Positions 28,555-38,270 of a stretch of DNA of 64,000 nt are shown here, piece by piece. Each line of letters opens with the position of its first letter. Within the stretch, counting starts at the first letter, position 1. A program made the position numbers and the translations under genes. A model generated the notes under the pieces. That model had not been told where the DNA came from and did no database searches. It saw only the letters and a list, made by a program, of their open reading frames with translations. The stretch comes from Candidatus Shapirobacteria bacterium (GTDB taxonomy: Bacteria > Patescibacteriota > Microgenomatia > UBA12405), in assembly GCA_041659325.1 (NCBI GenBank), contig JBAZYN010000001.1:3098-67097 (forward strand), in the 5' to 3' direction.

Positions 28555-29750
28555 ACCGTCGGGCAATTTTTACGATCTTTACCATCGTCCTCACTGATCT
28601 GATTGGTTTTGGAATAATTATTCCTATCTTGCCAGCTATTAGTCAAAGTATGGGTGTCAGAGGTTTTTGGTTGGGCTTGTTGATATCCTCTTACGCCATT
28701 GCCCAATTTATTTCAGCCCCGATTCTGGGAAATCTATCTGACCGTTACGGCCGCAAACCGATTTTGGTAATCAGCAAACTCGGTACGGTCATTGCTTATA
28801 TAATCTTTGCCTTTTCGAGAAGTTTTTCTGTCCTACTAATTTCCCGCCTGATTGATGGTTTTACCGGGGGGAATATCCCTGCCGCCCGTGCCTATATAAG
28901 TGATATCACCACCAAAGAAAACCGCTCTCGTGGTATGGCAATCATTGGGATTTCTTTCGGGTTAGGCTTTATCATTGGCCCGGCCCTTGGTGGTATTTTT
29001 TTTACAATCGGAAAATCACACACCCTTCCTGCCCTTGTCGGAGCCCTGCTTAGTTTTATTTCTTTGGTACTCACTCAAGTCTTTCTGGATGAATCACACC
29101 GCCTCAGTAAACCGGTTGTTTCCCGTACTTTTTCCATAAAAAACTTTCTAAAAGTGTTTGAAAACAAAACTATCCAGCAGATACTTATAATTCAATTCAT
29201 TATTATGACGGCCACCTCAGGTTTTCAAACCACTATTTCCTTTTTTACGGATAAAATTTTCCGCTACACTCCTCAACAAAATAGCCTCATGTTTGTGTAT
29301 TTCGGGGTACTCGGATTAGTAGTTCAGGGCTATCTTGCCAGCCGTCGTGGACCAAATGTTCACAGGATGATAAAAATTGGAATTATCGTTAATGCTGCCG
29401 GTATTATTTTTCTCTCTCTTAGCCCCACCTCCTCGCTATTTCTAGCTTCAATTGCCTTAACCTCGGCCGGTGGTGGTTTAATCGGGGTATTTTTACCGAC
29501 TCTACTTTCAACTGTCGACAGCAAAGATCCGGAAGGGGAAGTTATGGGTGCATATGAGGGTATTGGCAGCCTTGGTAGAGTCATTGGTCCGGCCATTATC
29601 GGCAGTCTTATTGTAATTTTTCCCAGGCAAATTTATTTCACTTGCGGAATAGCAGTTCTTGCTACTATATTCTTTCTAAAAAAAATTAACCTAAAACCGC
29701 AATATTCCAAACCCTATCAAGGCAGTCACGATCAGATATATTCCGATTAG
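28551..29750 (+). CDS. MFS transporter (drug:H+ antiporter-like)
   Basis: 12 predicted TM helices; GNLSDRYGRKP MFS motif A. Confidence 0.85.
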   Translation: MNRRAIFTIFTIVLTDLIGFGIIIPILPAISQSMGVRGFWLGLLISSYAIAQFISAPILGNLSDRYGRKPILVISKLGTVIAYIIFAFSRSFSVLLISRLIDGFTGGNIPAARAYISDITTKENRSRGMAIIGISFGLGFIIGPALGGIFFTIGKSHTLPALVGALLSFISLVLTQVFLDESHRLSKPVVSRTFSIKNFLKVFENKTIQQILIIQFIIMTATSGFQTTISFFTDKIFRYTPQQNSLMFVYFGVLGLVVQGYLASRRGPNVHRMIKIGIIVNAAGIIFLSLSPTSSLFLASIALTSAGGGLIGVFLPTLLSTVDSKDPEGEVMGAYEGIGSLGRVIGPAIIGSLIVIFPRQIYFTCGIAVLATIFFLKKINLKPQYSKPYQGSHDQIYSD

Positions 29751-29904
29751 TGTCGACAACAACTTCGGGTTCAAAAGAATCAAAATCCCAAATATTAAAG
29801 ACATTATCGGGCTTAAATTTTTTAGTATCATAAAAAATAATATCACTTCCTTGACATTTTTGTCCAATATTTATATCCTTTCAATACCCAAACAAAACCC
29901 AAAT

Positions 29905-31092
29905 ATGACTCTTTCCCAACCACTGGCTTCAATTCTTCGACCCAAAAATCTCGCCGAATTTATTGGTCAGTCACACCTTGTCGGTCCCGGCAAGCCGCTT
30001 CGTTTAGCCATAGAAACTCGTCAGCTTTTTTCTATGATTTTTTGGGGGCCGCCGGGGGTGGGAAAAACTACCTTAGCCCGGATTATTGCCAAAGAATGCG
30101 GGGTTGAAATATACGATCTTTCCGCCGTATCAGCCGGTAAAGACGACATCAAAAAAATCATCGGTTCTTCGGCTCCGGACCTTTATCAAAAAGTATTGTT
30201 TCTTGATGAAATTCATCGTTTCAACAAAGCTCAACAGGATTTCCTTCTGCCCTACGTCGAAAGTGGCAAGTTAACCCTGATCGGCGCCACCACCGAAAAT
30301 CCCAGTTTTGAAATTATTTCTCCTCTCCTTTCTCGTTGTCGTGTTTTTGTTTTAAAGGAACTTTCTGCCGATGAAATGAATCAAATAATTGAACGGGCCC
30401 TGCCCGTCATTGCGAGGAGCTCCGCAACGAAGCAATCTATAAAAATTAACCCTCCCACTCGTGAATGGCTGATCAACATGGCCAATGGTGATGCCCGTCA
30501 ATGCCTAACCATGATTGATAATGCCTTCACCCTTTATGGCAAATTAACCATCGATACCCTAAAATCTACTCTGCAAAATTCTTATCTCCGTTTCGACAAA
30601 AAAGGCGAGGAGCACTACAACACCATTTCCGCCTTTATAAAATCTATGCGGGCCTCAAACGTTGATGCCGCGGTTTATTATTTAGCCCGGATGATTGAAG
30701 CCGGTGAAGACCCAAAATTTATTGCCCGCCGCATGGTTATCTTTGCCTCCGAAGATATTGGTATTACCAACTCCTCGGCTCTAATGTTGGCCAATCAGGT
30801 CTTTCAATCAGTTACCTTAATTGGCTACCCAGAATGCGCTATTAATTTAGTCCATGGTGTAGTTTATTTGGCCAAATCCGCCAAAAATAGATCAGCCTAC
30901 GATGCCCTCCGCTCCGCCCAAACAGACGTCAGACAGTTGGGTAATCTGCCGATTCCCCTCGAACTCCGCAATGCCGAAACCAAGTTAATGGAAGATTTAG
31001 GTTATGGCAAAGGCTACGAAAAATATTCTCAAAAAGATCTGCTTCCTGATAAACTAAAAGGTAAAAAATATTTTAAAGATTTAAAAAAATAA
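29905..31092 (+). CDS. rarA: Replication-associated recombination protein A (RarA/MgsA AAA+ ATPase)
   Basis: Walker [10 protein letters not shown], Walker [12 protein letters not shown], sensor [10 protein letters not shown]; the track ORF starts at a TTG at 29851, and ATG 29905 is taken as the start. Confidence 0.88.
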   Translation: MTLSQPLASILRPKNLAEFIGQSHLVGPGKPLRLAIETRQLFSMIFWGPPGVGKTTLARIIAKECGVEIYDLSAVSAGKDDIKKIIGSSAPDLYQKVLFLDEIHRFNKAQQDFLLPYVESGKLTLIGATTENPSFEIISPLLSRCRVFVLKELSADEMNQIIERALPVIARSSATKQSIKINPPTREWLINMANGDARQCLTMIDNAFTLYGKLTIDTLKSTLQNSYLRFDKKGEEHYNTISAFIKSMRASNVDAAVYYLARMIEAGEDPKFIARRMVIFASEDIGITNSSALMLANQVFQSVTLIGYPECAINLVHGVVYLAKSAKNRSAYDALRSAQTDVRQLGNLPIPLELRNAETKLMEDLGYGKGYEKYSQKDLLPDKLKGKKYFKDLKK

Positions 31093-31098
31093 TCCAAT

Positions 31099-31488
31099 AT
31101 GAAAACAATACTTGTGGATGCAGTTGGGACTTTTGTTATTGAAGGTGAGGGTGTCAATCAGCCAATGTTTGAACTACTCGAAAAATATCCGAACAAGAAA
31201 ATAATTTTAACCAATGCCAATGATGAGCAGCTAGTCCCATTCAGCTTAGTTAATCTTCCTTATGAAATGTTTACTATGAAACACAACCCAGATAAGGTTG
31301 AGCCGGTATATTTCGAGACCATGTTAAAACAATATAATCTAACCGCGGACGATGTGATTTATTTTGAGCACAATCCAGATGCAGTCAAAAGCGCTGGGTC
31401 TGTTGGTATAAAATCGTATTTTTATGACTCGGAGAAAAAAGATTTAGATGGATTAAAATTTTTTCTTGATAACAATGGAGGAAATTGA
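31099..31488 (+). CDS. HAD-like hydrolase domain protein with degenerate motif I
   Basis: ILVDAVGTF at the motif I position (DxD replaced by DAV); small HAD-like fold. Confidence 0.4.
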   Translation: MKTILVDAVGTFVIEGEGVNQPMFELLEKYPNKKIILTNANDEQLVPFSLVNLPYEMFTMKHNPDKVEPVYFETMLKQYNLTADDVIYFEHNPDAVKSAGSVGIKSYFYDSEKKDLDGLKFFLDNNGGN

Positions 31489-31966
31489 GCGAAAATTTTT
31501 AGTAAAACAATTACCCGATTTATCCAGTATTCAGGTCGTAAATTATGAACGATATTATCTATTTGTTGGCAATGGTATTGAACTTAGAATACAGAGAAAG
31601 AATCATAAATATGAATTAGAGCGTAAAGTCACTACTGGTGATTTGACTCGCACTGGTAATTCTTGTCCATTGTCTCCTGAAGAGTTTAATTTGCTAAAAC
31701 AATTATCAAGTAAATCAATTATTCGAGATGCTTATCGACTAAGTGAGTCTCCTAATGTATCAATAAAGATTTATCATGGAGATTGTGAGGGTCTAGTTCG
31801 GGCTGAATTTGAATTTGAGTCAGAGATCGAGGCAAAATCATTTATCCCACCTGAATGGTGTGGTGACGAAGTAACAAACACGGCTTTGGGTCGTGACTCT
31901 CGACTCTTGGCATTATCTAGGCAAGATTTATTAAAAGAACTAAAAGTAGTTGAGTCGAAGGTATGA
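31475..31966 (+). CDS. CYTH-domain protein (triphosphate tunnel metalloenzyme / class IV adenylyl cyclase-like)
   Basis: N-terminal EIERKFLV signature; acidic patches EFEFESE. Confidence 0.7.
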   Translation: MEEIERKFLVKQLPDLSSIQVVNYERYYLFVGNGIELRIQRKNHKYELERKVTTGDLTRTGNSCPLSPEEFNLLKQLSSKSIIRDAYRLSESPNVSIKIYHGDCEGLVRAEFEFESEIEAKSFIPPEWCGDEVTNTALGRDSRLLALSRQDLLKELKVVESKV

Positions 31967-32616
31967 AACTACTCTTAACTTCTGCCGGATTATCAAATCT
32001 CTCAATAGTCAAAGCCATTGAAAGGTTGTTGGGGAAATCTGCCAAAGGGGTTAAGCTGGCCTTTATCCCCACTGCGGCCAACGTTGAGCCTGGTGATAAA
32101 AGCTGGATGATTGAAGATTTGAACAATTTCCAAAAAACTGGTTTTGAGGTAGATATTGTTGATATTTCAGCTCTACCGAAAGAGATATGGTTGCCAAGAA
32201 TTGAGAAAGTCGATGTATTGGTCTTTAGCGGTGGCAATACTTTTCACCTGATGTACTGGCTAAGAAAATCTGGCTTAAACCAACTGCTCCCAGAACTACT
32301 TAAAAGTAAAGTTTATGTAGGGATTAGTGCAGGCAGTATGGTTGTTTCAAAAAGTATTTTTCTAACCTCTGACAAACCAATTTTTGGTGAAGACAGATTG
32401 GGTGTGGCTGATGACAGAGGTCTGGGTCTTGTCAATTTTTACGTTCGCCCTCATTATAATTCCCCACTTTTTCCAAAGGCAAAAGAAAATGTGATTGCAA
32501 AGTCGGCCAAAACAGTCACCGAGCCAGTTTATGCTCTGGATGATAACGGTGCCATTGAGGTTGCGGACGATAAAATCGAAGTCGTTTCAGAAGGGGAATA
32601 TAAGATATTTAATTAA
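31963..32616 (+). CDS. Peptidase S51 (dipeptidase E / cyanophycinase-like), copy 1
   Basis: FSGGNTF, GISAGS (Ser nucleophile), RPHY (His). Confidence 0.7.
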   Translation: MKLLLTSAGLSNLSIVKAIERLLGKSAKGVKLAFIPTAANVEPGDKSWMIEDLNNFQKTGFEVDIVDISALPKEIWLPRIEKVDVLVFSGGNTFHLMYWLRKSGLNQLLPELLKSKVYVGISAGSMVVSKSIFLTSDKPIFGEDRLGVADDRGLGLVNFYVRPHYNSPLFPKAKENVIAKSAKTVTEPVYALDDNGAIEVADDKIEVVSEGEYKIFN

Positions 32617-33419
32617 TTTTTACTTCTTCTCTCAATCTCTTTGTTCGCCATTTCAATTCTCACATGATACGGTGTACTTCGATATAAAACTGGCCAAAGC
32701 GGGCTGTAATCATCTAGAGGTGGAAAGTGAGCATTTCTGAACTTTTCAGTCACCGTAATCATCCCTTTGGGGTCGGTTATATGACTTACTGCAAATCTGT
32801 CAGCCTCGTACTCACTTCGCATTGCATACTGAATATTAAAAAGTCCCAAAGCAATCCCAATTATAGGAATAATATACAAAGGTAGCTTGCGAACAATAAA
32901 ACAAGAAATTATAAAAAAGGTTATAAAAAATATCAGTTCTTTAATAGTATGGTGTAATTGATAGTGGCCAGTTTCATGAAGAACTACATACTCCTTTTCA
33001 CTGTCGGTAAAATCTTGATTAAGTTGGCTTGATAGCATCATGAATGGTTTATTGGGAATTCCAATCATTACAGCATAAGGTCGAGGGGAGGCAATAATTC
33101 TAAAAGAACTTAGCAATAATCCAGTCTTCGATTGGATTAGGGTGATAAGAGGCGACTCCTTGATTTCTGTCAGTAACTTTTGTTTTTGTCCAATGCCCGT
33201 CAAATATAGGTTTATACCCATCCACTGAGTTACATATCCCATGACCAAAAATAAAAGAAGATAGCGCACCAATGGCTTAAAGCGAGTAAGCATATCAAAA
33301 TTATATCCCCATCCGTCAGTTTGAGGTAGAATACCCCTGAACCTTCGATACCACGAAGTAAAAAATATTTTAAAGAAGTGAAAAAATAATGGATAGATTT
33401 GCGGAGAAGTATTCGACAA
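32613..33419 (-). CDS. Membrane Zn-metallopeptidase, HExxH type (M48/M56-like)
   Basis: HETGHY plus downstream EYEAD third ligand; several TM helices. Confidence 0.5.
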   Translation of the reverse strand: MSNTSPQIYPLFFHFFKIFFTSWYRRFRGILPQTDGWGYNFDMLTRFKPLVRYLLLFLVMGYVTQWMGINLYLTGIGQKQKLLTEIKESPLITLIQSKTGLLLSSFRIIASPRPYAVMIGIPNKPFMMLSSQLNQDFTDSEKEYVVLHETGHYQLHHTIKELIFFITFFIISCFIVRKLPLYIIPIIGIALGLFNIQYAMRSEYEADRFAVSHITDPKGMITVTEKFRNAHFPPLDDYSPLWPVLYRSTPYHVRIEMANKEIERRSKN

Positions 33420-33988
33420 AATCGTCCCGCCTTTTTAATTACAATTATTCATCTCCGGGAATTTATTTCATCACCATTTGTACTCTACGCCATAACAATT
33501 TTTTTGGAAAAATTATTGACAATAAAATCAAATTTACCAAAATGGGAATAATTGCCAAAGATGAATTGCTAAAAACAATTATAATTCGTGATAATTTAAC
33601 AATTAACCCGTGGGTGATAATGCCCAACCATATTCATTTACTAATCACACTTCCGAACACCCATGTAGAGACGCCCCGCGGGGCGTCTCTACATAAAAAT
33701 CAAATATTTCCGCCAATTATCCCATCGCATAAAAACCACCCGGAATATTTTTCCAGACTAAATGTCAAGTCAAACCAGGAAATCCCAAAATTAATCAATC
33801 AATTTAAATCAAGAGTTACTATAATCTGTAGAGAAAACAAGTTATTTTTTGCCTGGCAACCACGGTATTACGATGAAATTGTGAAAGATCAGGGAAGATT
33901 CAAAAAAATTAAAACTTATATAATTAATAACCCCTTAAATTGGCAAAAAGATAAATATTATTTTAATAATTTAAAAAATAATCTATGA
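33389..33988 (+). mobile_element. IS200/IS605-family Y1 transposase-like (RAYT-like) gene carrying an in-frame palindromic insert
   Basis: GIYFITICT, HUH motif IMPNHIHLLI, catalytic Tyr region FAWQPRYYD, NPLNW; about 200 aa, RAYT-sized. Confidence 0.65.
33663..33694. repeat. Perfect 32-bp GC-rich palindrome ATGTAGAGACGCCCCG|CGGGGCGTCTCTACAT inside the transposase ORF
   Basis: Left half is the exact reverse complement of the right half; encodes HVETPRGASLH in frame. Confidence 0.95.
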
Positions 33989-34127
33989 AAGAAAGAATAA
34001 TATTTCAAAATTCCCGCTTTAAAATATCATTTGCTTGGTATGATCTTTGGATCGGGCTATTTGTCGATACAAATAAAAAACGGATTTATTTTTGTCCAAT
34101 TCCGACGTTATTATTTACAATTAATTT

Positions 34128-34733
34128 GTGAAGCTCTTTTTAACTTCTACCGGTCTCTCCCCTCAAGTTGCTCCATTCTTTCTAAAGTTAATCTCAAAAC
34201 CACCAAAACAATTCAAAGTTGCTTTTATTCCAACCGCTGCCGATCCTTACGATGATAAATGGTTTATGGAAAAAGATATCCAAACCCTTTCTGATTTTGG
34301 TTTTCCGGTTAACATTGTTGACCTTAAGGCTGATATCACTTTTATCCGCTCTCAGCTTGAAAAAAGTCAAATTATTTTTGTTGGTGGGGGAAATACTTTT
34401 TATTTACTTCACTGGATTCGTCAATCAGGAGTCGATAAATATCTTTCTCAACTTCTGGAAGACCGTTACTATATCGGTGCCAGTGCCGGTAGTGTTTTAG
34501 CCGGTCCCGATATTGCCATATCCGGCTGGGATCCCTCTTGGGATACCAACGACGTTAAGTTGCAAGACACTACCGGTCTCAATCTTGTCCCCTTCGCTGT
34601 TTCTCCCCACTATACCGAAAAACATAAAGAGATCTTAGCTATCAAAAGTCGGGAAGTTAATTACAAAGTTATTCCGATTACTGATACTCAAGCTGTTTAT
34701 TTTAACAATGACAAATACATAATTATTAATTAA
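34128..34733 (+). CDS. Peptidase S51 (dipeptidase E-like), copy 2, diverged paralogue
   Basis: FVGGGNTF, GASAGS, SPHY; same domain order as the gene at 31963. Confidence 0.7.
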   Translation: MKLFLTSTGLSPQVAPFFLKLISKPPKQFKVAFIPTAADPYDDKWFMEKDIQTLSDFGFPVNIVDLKADITFIRSQLEKSQIIFVGGGNTFYLLHWIRQSGVDKYLSQLLEDRYYIGASAGSVLAGPDIAISGWDPSWDTNDVKLQDTTGLNLVPFAVSPHYTEKHKEILAIKSREVNYKVIPITDTQAVYFNNDKYIIIN

Positions 34734-34740
34734 TTAATCC

Positions 34741-35166
34741 ATGATCGACAAAAATACCGTCTTTCAGTTTATTAAATCTCAGGACCTTTGCATCCTATCT
34801 ACCGCGTCAAAATCCGGCAAAACCGAATCAGCTGTCATGGCTTTCGCTGTCGACGACAACTTTGTTATTTATATGTCTACCGAAAATACTACCCGCAAGT
34901 TTAAAAATATATTAAAAAATAATTTTGTTTCTGTCATCGTCGGTGGTCTTAAAAGCGATCCTTCAGTCCAGCTCGACGGGACCACCATAATATTAACCGA
35001 TACCGAAATTGCCGCGGCCAAAGATTTTATGCTTTCCCTTCACCCTGAACTTAAAGACTATTTCAACACTCCAAACTCAATGTTTTTCACTGTCACTCCC
35101 TCCTGGCTTCGTTATTCCGATTTTTCACAGAATCCACCCGAAGTTATCGAGTTATCTCAATTCTAA
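34741..35166 (+). CDS. Pyridoxamine 5'-phosphate oxidase-like FMN-binding split-barrel protein
   Basis: Size and pattern (LCILSTASKSGKTESAVMAFAVDDNFVIYMST) of the general-stress-protein-26 / PNPOx-like fold. Confidence 0.5.
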   Translation: MIDKNTVFQFIKSQDLCILSTASKSGKTESAVMAFAVDDNFVIYMSTENTTRKFKNILKNNFVSVIVGGLKSDPSVQLDGTTIILTDTEIAAAKDFMLSLHPELKDYFNTPNSMFFTVTPSWLRYSDFSQNPPEVIELSQF

Positions 35167-35206
35167 TAACCAAGTCCGGATACTGGGAGATATCCAGCCT
35201 TGGTGC

Positions 35207-36355
35207 TTAATCTTTCTGCTTCAGCGTCCAGATCGCCACTAATAACAGAATCACTGCCGATATTGTCCACACTTCCTGTGGGGGGAATATTTTGGTTAGC
35301 AATCCCGATATTATCAAACCGCTGGCCGCCCCGATCGTTCCCGATGCACTGCGGAGTGAGTTAACTGTCGACCGGACATGTGGTGCTATGTAGCGGTTGC
35401 TGTAATTAAACACCGCCAACGGCCACATTCCCCGGCCCAATTCATGTAAAAAGAACAAGGTCATAATCACCCATAGATTCACCAAAAAACCTGTTCCTAC
35501 CATTGGCACCCCTATAAGGATTATCGGAATGGCCAATGTCCTCAACCCATCTCTGATCTTTGTCGACAACTTCGCGCCAAGAGCGGAAAATACAGCCACT
35601 CCTATCCACACGCTGCCCATCCACTCCGTTTTACCTCCGGCATCACTAAACACTATTTGCCAAAACATGTTGAAGGGCATCACACAAGCAGATACTAACG
35701 CATACAAAACGACCACTTGTCTTAATTTCTTATCTTTGGCAATAACTTTCGCCATGCTCCACACACTTGGGACGGGTTCACTTGGGTAGTTGTCCGGTTT
35801 TTCCGGTACATTTCGCCCTAAAAACCAGATTAACCCCAAAGCCAGAAACGATGAAATTCCCGCCAAAAGCCACGGCCATTGCAAGCCATATTTAGCCCCA
35901 ATCAACCCTCCGAGTATCGCCGCCGGTATGGTGGCTAGTTTTGCCCAAAGTTGAGCCTTTGCTTGAGTTCTTTTGGTTACCTCTTCGTCTGTGTGATTTC
36001 GTAACCAGCTTTCCAGCGCTTCCGATTGCAGAGCATGCCCGATAGCGCCTATCCCCTCAGCTAGGGCAAACATCCAAATCGTCCGATTTAGCCCGTATAT
36101 CGTCATTCCCACCCCCCAAAAAAATAGTCCCGATAAATAGACTCGTTTTTGTCCGATTCTATCAGCCAGGTTACCCGTAAATGGGTCAAAGATCGTTGAG
36201 GTGGTCATAAAAATCACATTCAGGATATTGACCTGGAGGAGTGTCAGGCCGGTTGCCGTCAGAAACAGCACGTATGTCCCAAAAAACCAGGCACTCGCCG
36301 CTTGCTCCAACACCTTTGCTACCAGAAACAAATTCACAATCCTCTTGTTCATCAT
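35207..36355 (-). CDS. MFS transporter
   Basis: 12 TM helices; GNLADRIGQKR motif A. Confidence 0.8.
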   Translation of the reverse strand: MMNKRIVNLFLVAKVLEQAASAWFFGTYVLFLTATGLTLLQVNILNVIFMTTSTIFDPFTGNLADRIGQKRVYLSGLFFWGVGMTIYGLNRTIWMFALAEGIGAIGHALQSEALESWLRNHTDEEVTKRTQAKAQLWAKLATIPAAILGGLIGAKYGLQWPWLLAGISSFLALGLIWFLGRNVPEKPDNYPSEPVPSVWSMAKVIAKDKKLRQVVVLYALVSACVMPFNMFWQIVFSDAGGKTEWMGSVWIGVAVFSALGAKLSTKIRDGLRTLAIPIILIGVPMVGTGFLVNLWVIMTLFFLHELGRGMWPLAVFNYSNRYIAPHVRSTVNSLRSASGTIGAASGLIISGLLTKIFPPQEVWTISAVILLLVAIWTLKQKD

Positions 36356-36441
36356 TGCCTCCTTTGAACTTAAATTTTTAACGTACCGACCTAAACTGCT
36401 CCCAGTCTTGTTAAGTCGGTTAAACTTCCGAAAAGATCACT

Positions 36442-36465
36442 AAAAAAGCCTCCTTTCGGAGGCTT
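36442..36465 (-). terminator. Intrinsic terminator on the minus strand (AAGCCTCC-GAAA-GGAGGCTT then T6) inside the 5' leader of the MFS gene; candidate attenuator
   Basis: Perfect 8-bp stem and T6 lying 87 nt upstream of the MFS start codon on the same strand. Confidence 0.4.
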
Positions 36466-36670
36466 ATCTGATTTAATAAAATGTTTATTTAAAAGTTAGA
36501 TGTTACCTCCATGTTGGTTTCAGGGTAAATAGACCAAAGCATTACCCCGCCGTTTTTACCGGTTTCCGCCACAACAGGTGTAAAATAACATCTGTAATTT
36601 TTCATAACCCAAACATATTACACCTTATAGGATATATTTGTAAAGTACCCAAATTCGCTATAATGTTTCT

Positions 36671-37417
36671 ATGAAAAATACCACCTCAATTTATCAGGAA
36701 ATAAATAATAAACTGGATAGCCTCGGTAACAAAGGCACCCCGAAAGACCGAGCCTGGGTGCAAAAATATCTTGGTTCTGACAAGACCACTCTGTGCGTCA
36801 AAACCGGTGATATCAAAAAAATTGCCAAGGATATTTCCAAAAAATATGACTTTGACAAAAATTCGCTCGTAAATCTTCTGGACTTAATTTATTCAAAAGC
36901 TACCACCTTTGAAGAAATGGCAGTTGCCGCAAGTTTGTTGGGTGCTCTTCCAAAAATTAAATCCCGTCTCGACCCCGAAAGCCTCGATAATTGGCTTTTA
37001 TTTACCGTTGGTTGGGCCGAAACAGATGTTCTATGTCAGTCAAACTTTACTGCCGATGATCTTTTAAACAATTGGCATAGGTGGCAAAAATTTTTAAGAT
37101 ATTTGGCAAAATCCGATAATATCCACAAAAGACGGGCTTCAATGGTCCTTCTTTGCAAATCGCTGCGCCAATCGGACGATCCAAGATTGATGAATTTTGC
37201 ATTCGAACAAATCGAGAAACTAAAACATGAAAAAGAGATTCTTATCACCAAAGCCGTTTCCTGGTTGCTTCGTTCTCTGGTTAAATTCCACCCCCGCGAA
37301 TTGTCTGAGTATTTAAATAACCATCAAACCACTTTGCCAAAAATCGCCTACCGTGAAGCCAACAGCAAACTACTGACAGGCAAAAAATATGTCAACAAAT
37401 CCAAAAAATTTAATTAA
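36671..37417 (+). CDS. DNA alkylation repair (AlkD-like HEAT-repeat) family protein
   Basis: About 240 aa alpha-helical repeat protein resembling the DNA_alkylation family; TATAAT 12 nt upstream. Confidence 0.45.
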   Translation: MKNTTSIYQEINNKLDSLGNKGTPKDRAWVQKYLGSDKTTLCVKTGDIKKIAKDISKKYDFDKNSLVNLLDLIYSKATTFEEMAVAASLLGALPKIKSRLDPESLDNWLLFTVGWAETDVLCQSNFTADDLLNNWHRWQKFLRYLAKSDNIHKRRASMVLLCKSLRQSDDPRLMNFAFEQIEKLKHEKEILITKAVSWLLRSLVKFHPRELSEYLNNHQTTLPKIAYREANSKLLTGKKYVNKSKKFN

Positions 37418-37736
37418 CTTTTTCCGGGAATAGTTTTCCTTTTGGTTTATGGAGCTTGTCACCAATTTCAAATTTATCCCACATTTCTTTGGATAAGCCA
37501 ATTTTTCTGTCTCGCCCTACCGACATTTTAACTACCAAAAAATAAAAATGGTTGACTTTGTGGTTGTCATCAAAATCCCGGGTCTCATTGTGTTTTTTGT
37601 CAATTACTTCTCCTGTCCATTCTTCATTTTTTGATTTCATAACCAACTTAACAATAAAGCCCAAAAAGGCCAGTATCAAAACTAAAAAAACTCCAAAAAA
37701 CAAGATCATCGGTCCGAAAACTACTGCTTTTTCCAT
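37410..37736 (-). CDS. Small membrane-anchored protein
   Basis: N-terminal TM helix, charged C-terminal domain. Confidence 0.35.
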   Translation of the reverse strand: MEKAVVFGPMILFFGVFLVLILAFLGFIVKLVMKSKNEEWTGEVIDKKHNETRDFDDNHKVNHFYFLVVKMSVGRDRKIGLSKEMWDKFEIGDKLHKPKGKLFPEKVN

Positions 37737-37969
37737 AATTTTATGTATGGTTTATATAAATTAATAATGTTTTCAATAAATTTTTGATGTCCGGGGATTA
37801 GTCTGATAATCGAGTAATGAACACCTATAACCATAAAAGTTGCCCCTATCGGAATCAAAAAAAAGCCAATCAGTATTGGTAACAAAAAAAATCCCAACAT
37901 AAGCAAAACAAATCCGATAATCGTGTATCTATTCGGCGCAAAAATAAATTGTAAAATAGTCATTATCAT
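37721..37969 (-). CDS. Small 2-TM membrane protein
   Basis: Two hydrophobic helices; 16-nt overlap with the downstream gene. Confidence 0.35.
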   Translation of the reverse strand: MIMTILQFIFAPNRYTIIGFVLLMLGFFLLPILIGFFLIPIGATFMVIGVHYSIIRLIPGHQKFIENIINLYKPYIKLWKKQ

Positions 37970-38002
37970 AGGGTGAGCAAATAATTATATCACCGCTCAG
38001 TT

Positions 38003-38260
38003 ATGTACTATCTTTACATCTTAAAATGCGCGGACAAAACCCTGTATACCGGCATCACCACCAATCTGGATCGAAGGCTCAAAGAACACAACTCATCTGC
38101 CCTGGGCTCAAAATATACTCGTACTCGGCGGCCGGTTGTCCTCATCTATTCACAAAAATTCCCCGACCGTTCCTCTGCCACAATTGAGGAATCGCGGATA
38201 AAAAAATTATCGAGACGGGAAAAACTAATCTTCAGCCAAATTTCAGCTTCGGGGGTATAA
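38003..38260 (+). CDS. GIY-YIG nuclease family protein (UPF0213-like)
   Basis: YLYILKCADKTLYTGITTNLDRRLKEHN. Confidence 0.8.
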   Translation: MYYLYILKCADKTLYTGITTNLDRRLKEHNSSALGSKYTRTRRPVVLIYSQKFPDRSSATIEESRIKKLSRREKLIFSQISASGV

Positions 38261-38270
38261 TAAGCCCTGT

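Noticed and set aside
29851-29904. N-terminal 18 codons of the rarA track ORF (which starts at a TTG)
   Set aside because: The TTG coincides with a TTGACA -35-like hexamer; the ATG at 29905 ([11 protein letters not shown]...) matches RarA N-termini, so the extension is likely promoter sequence.
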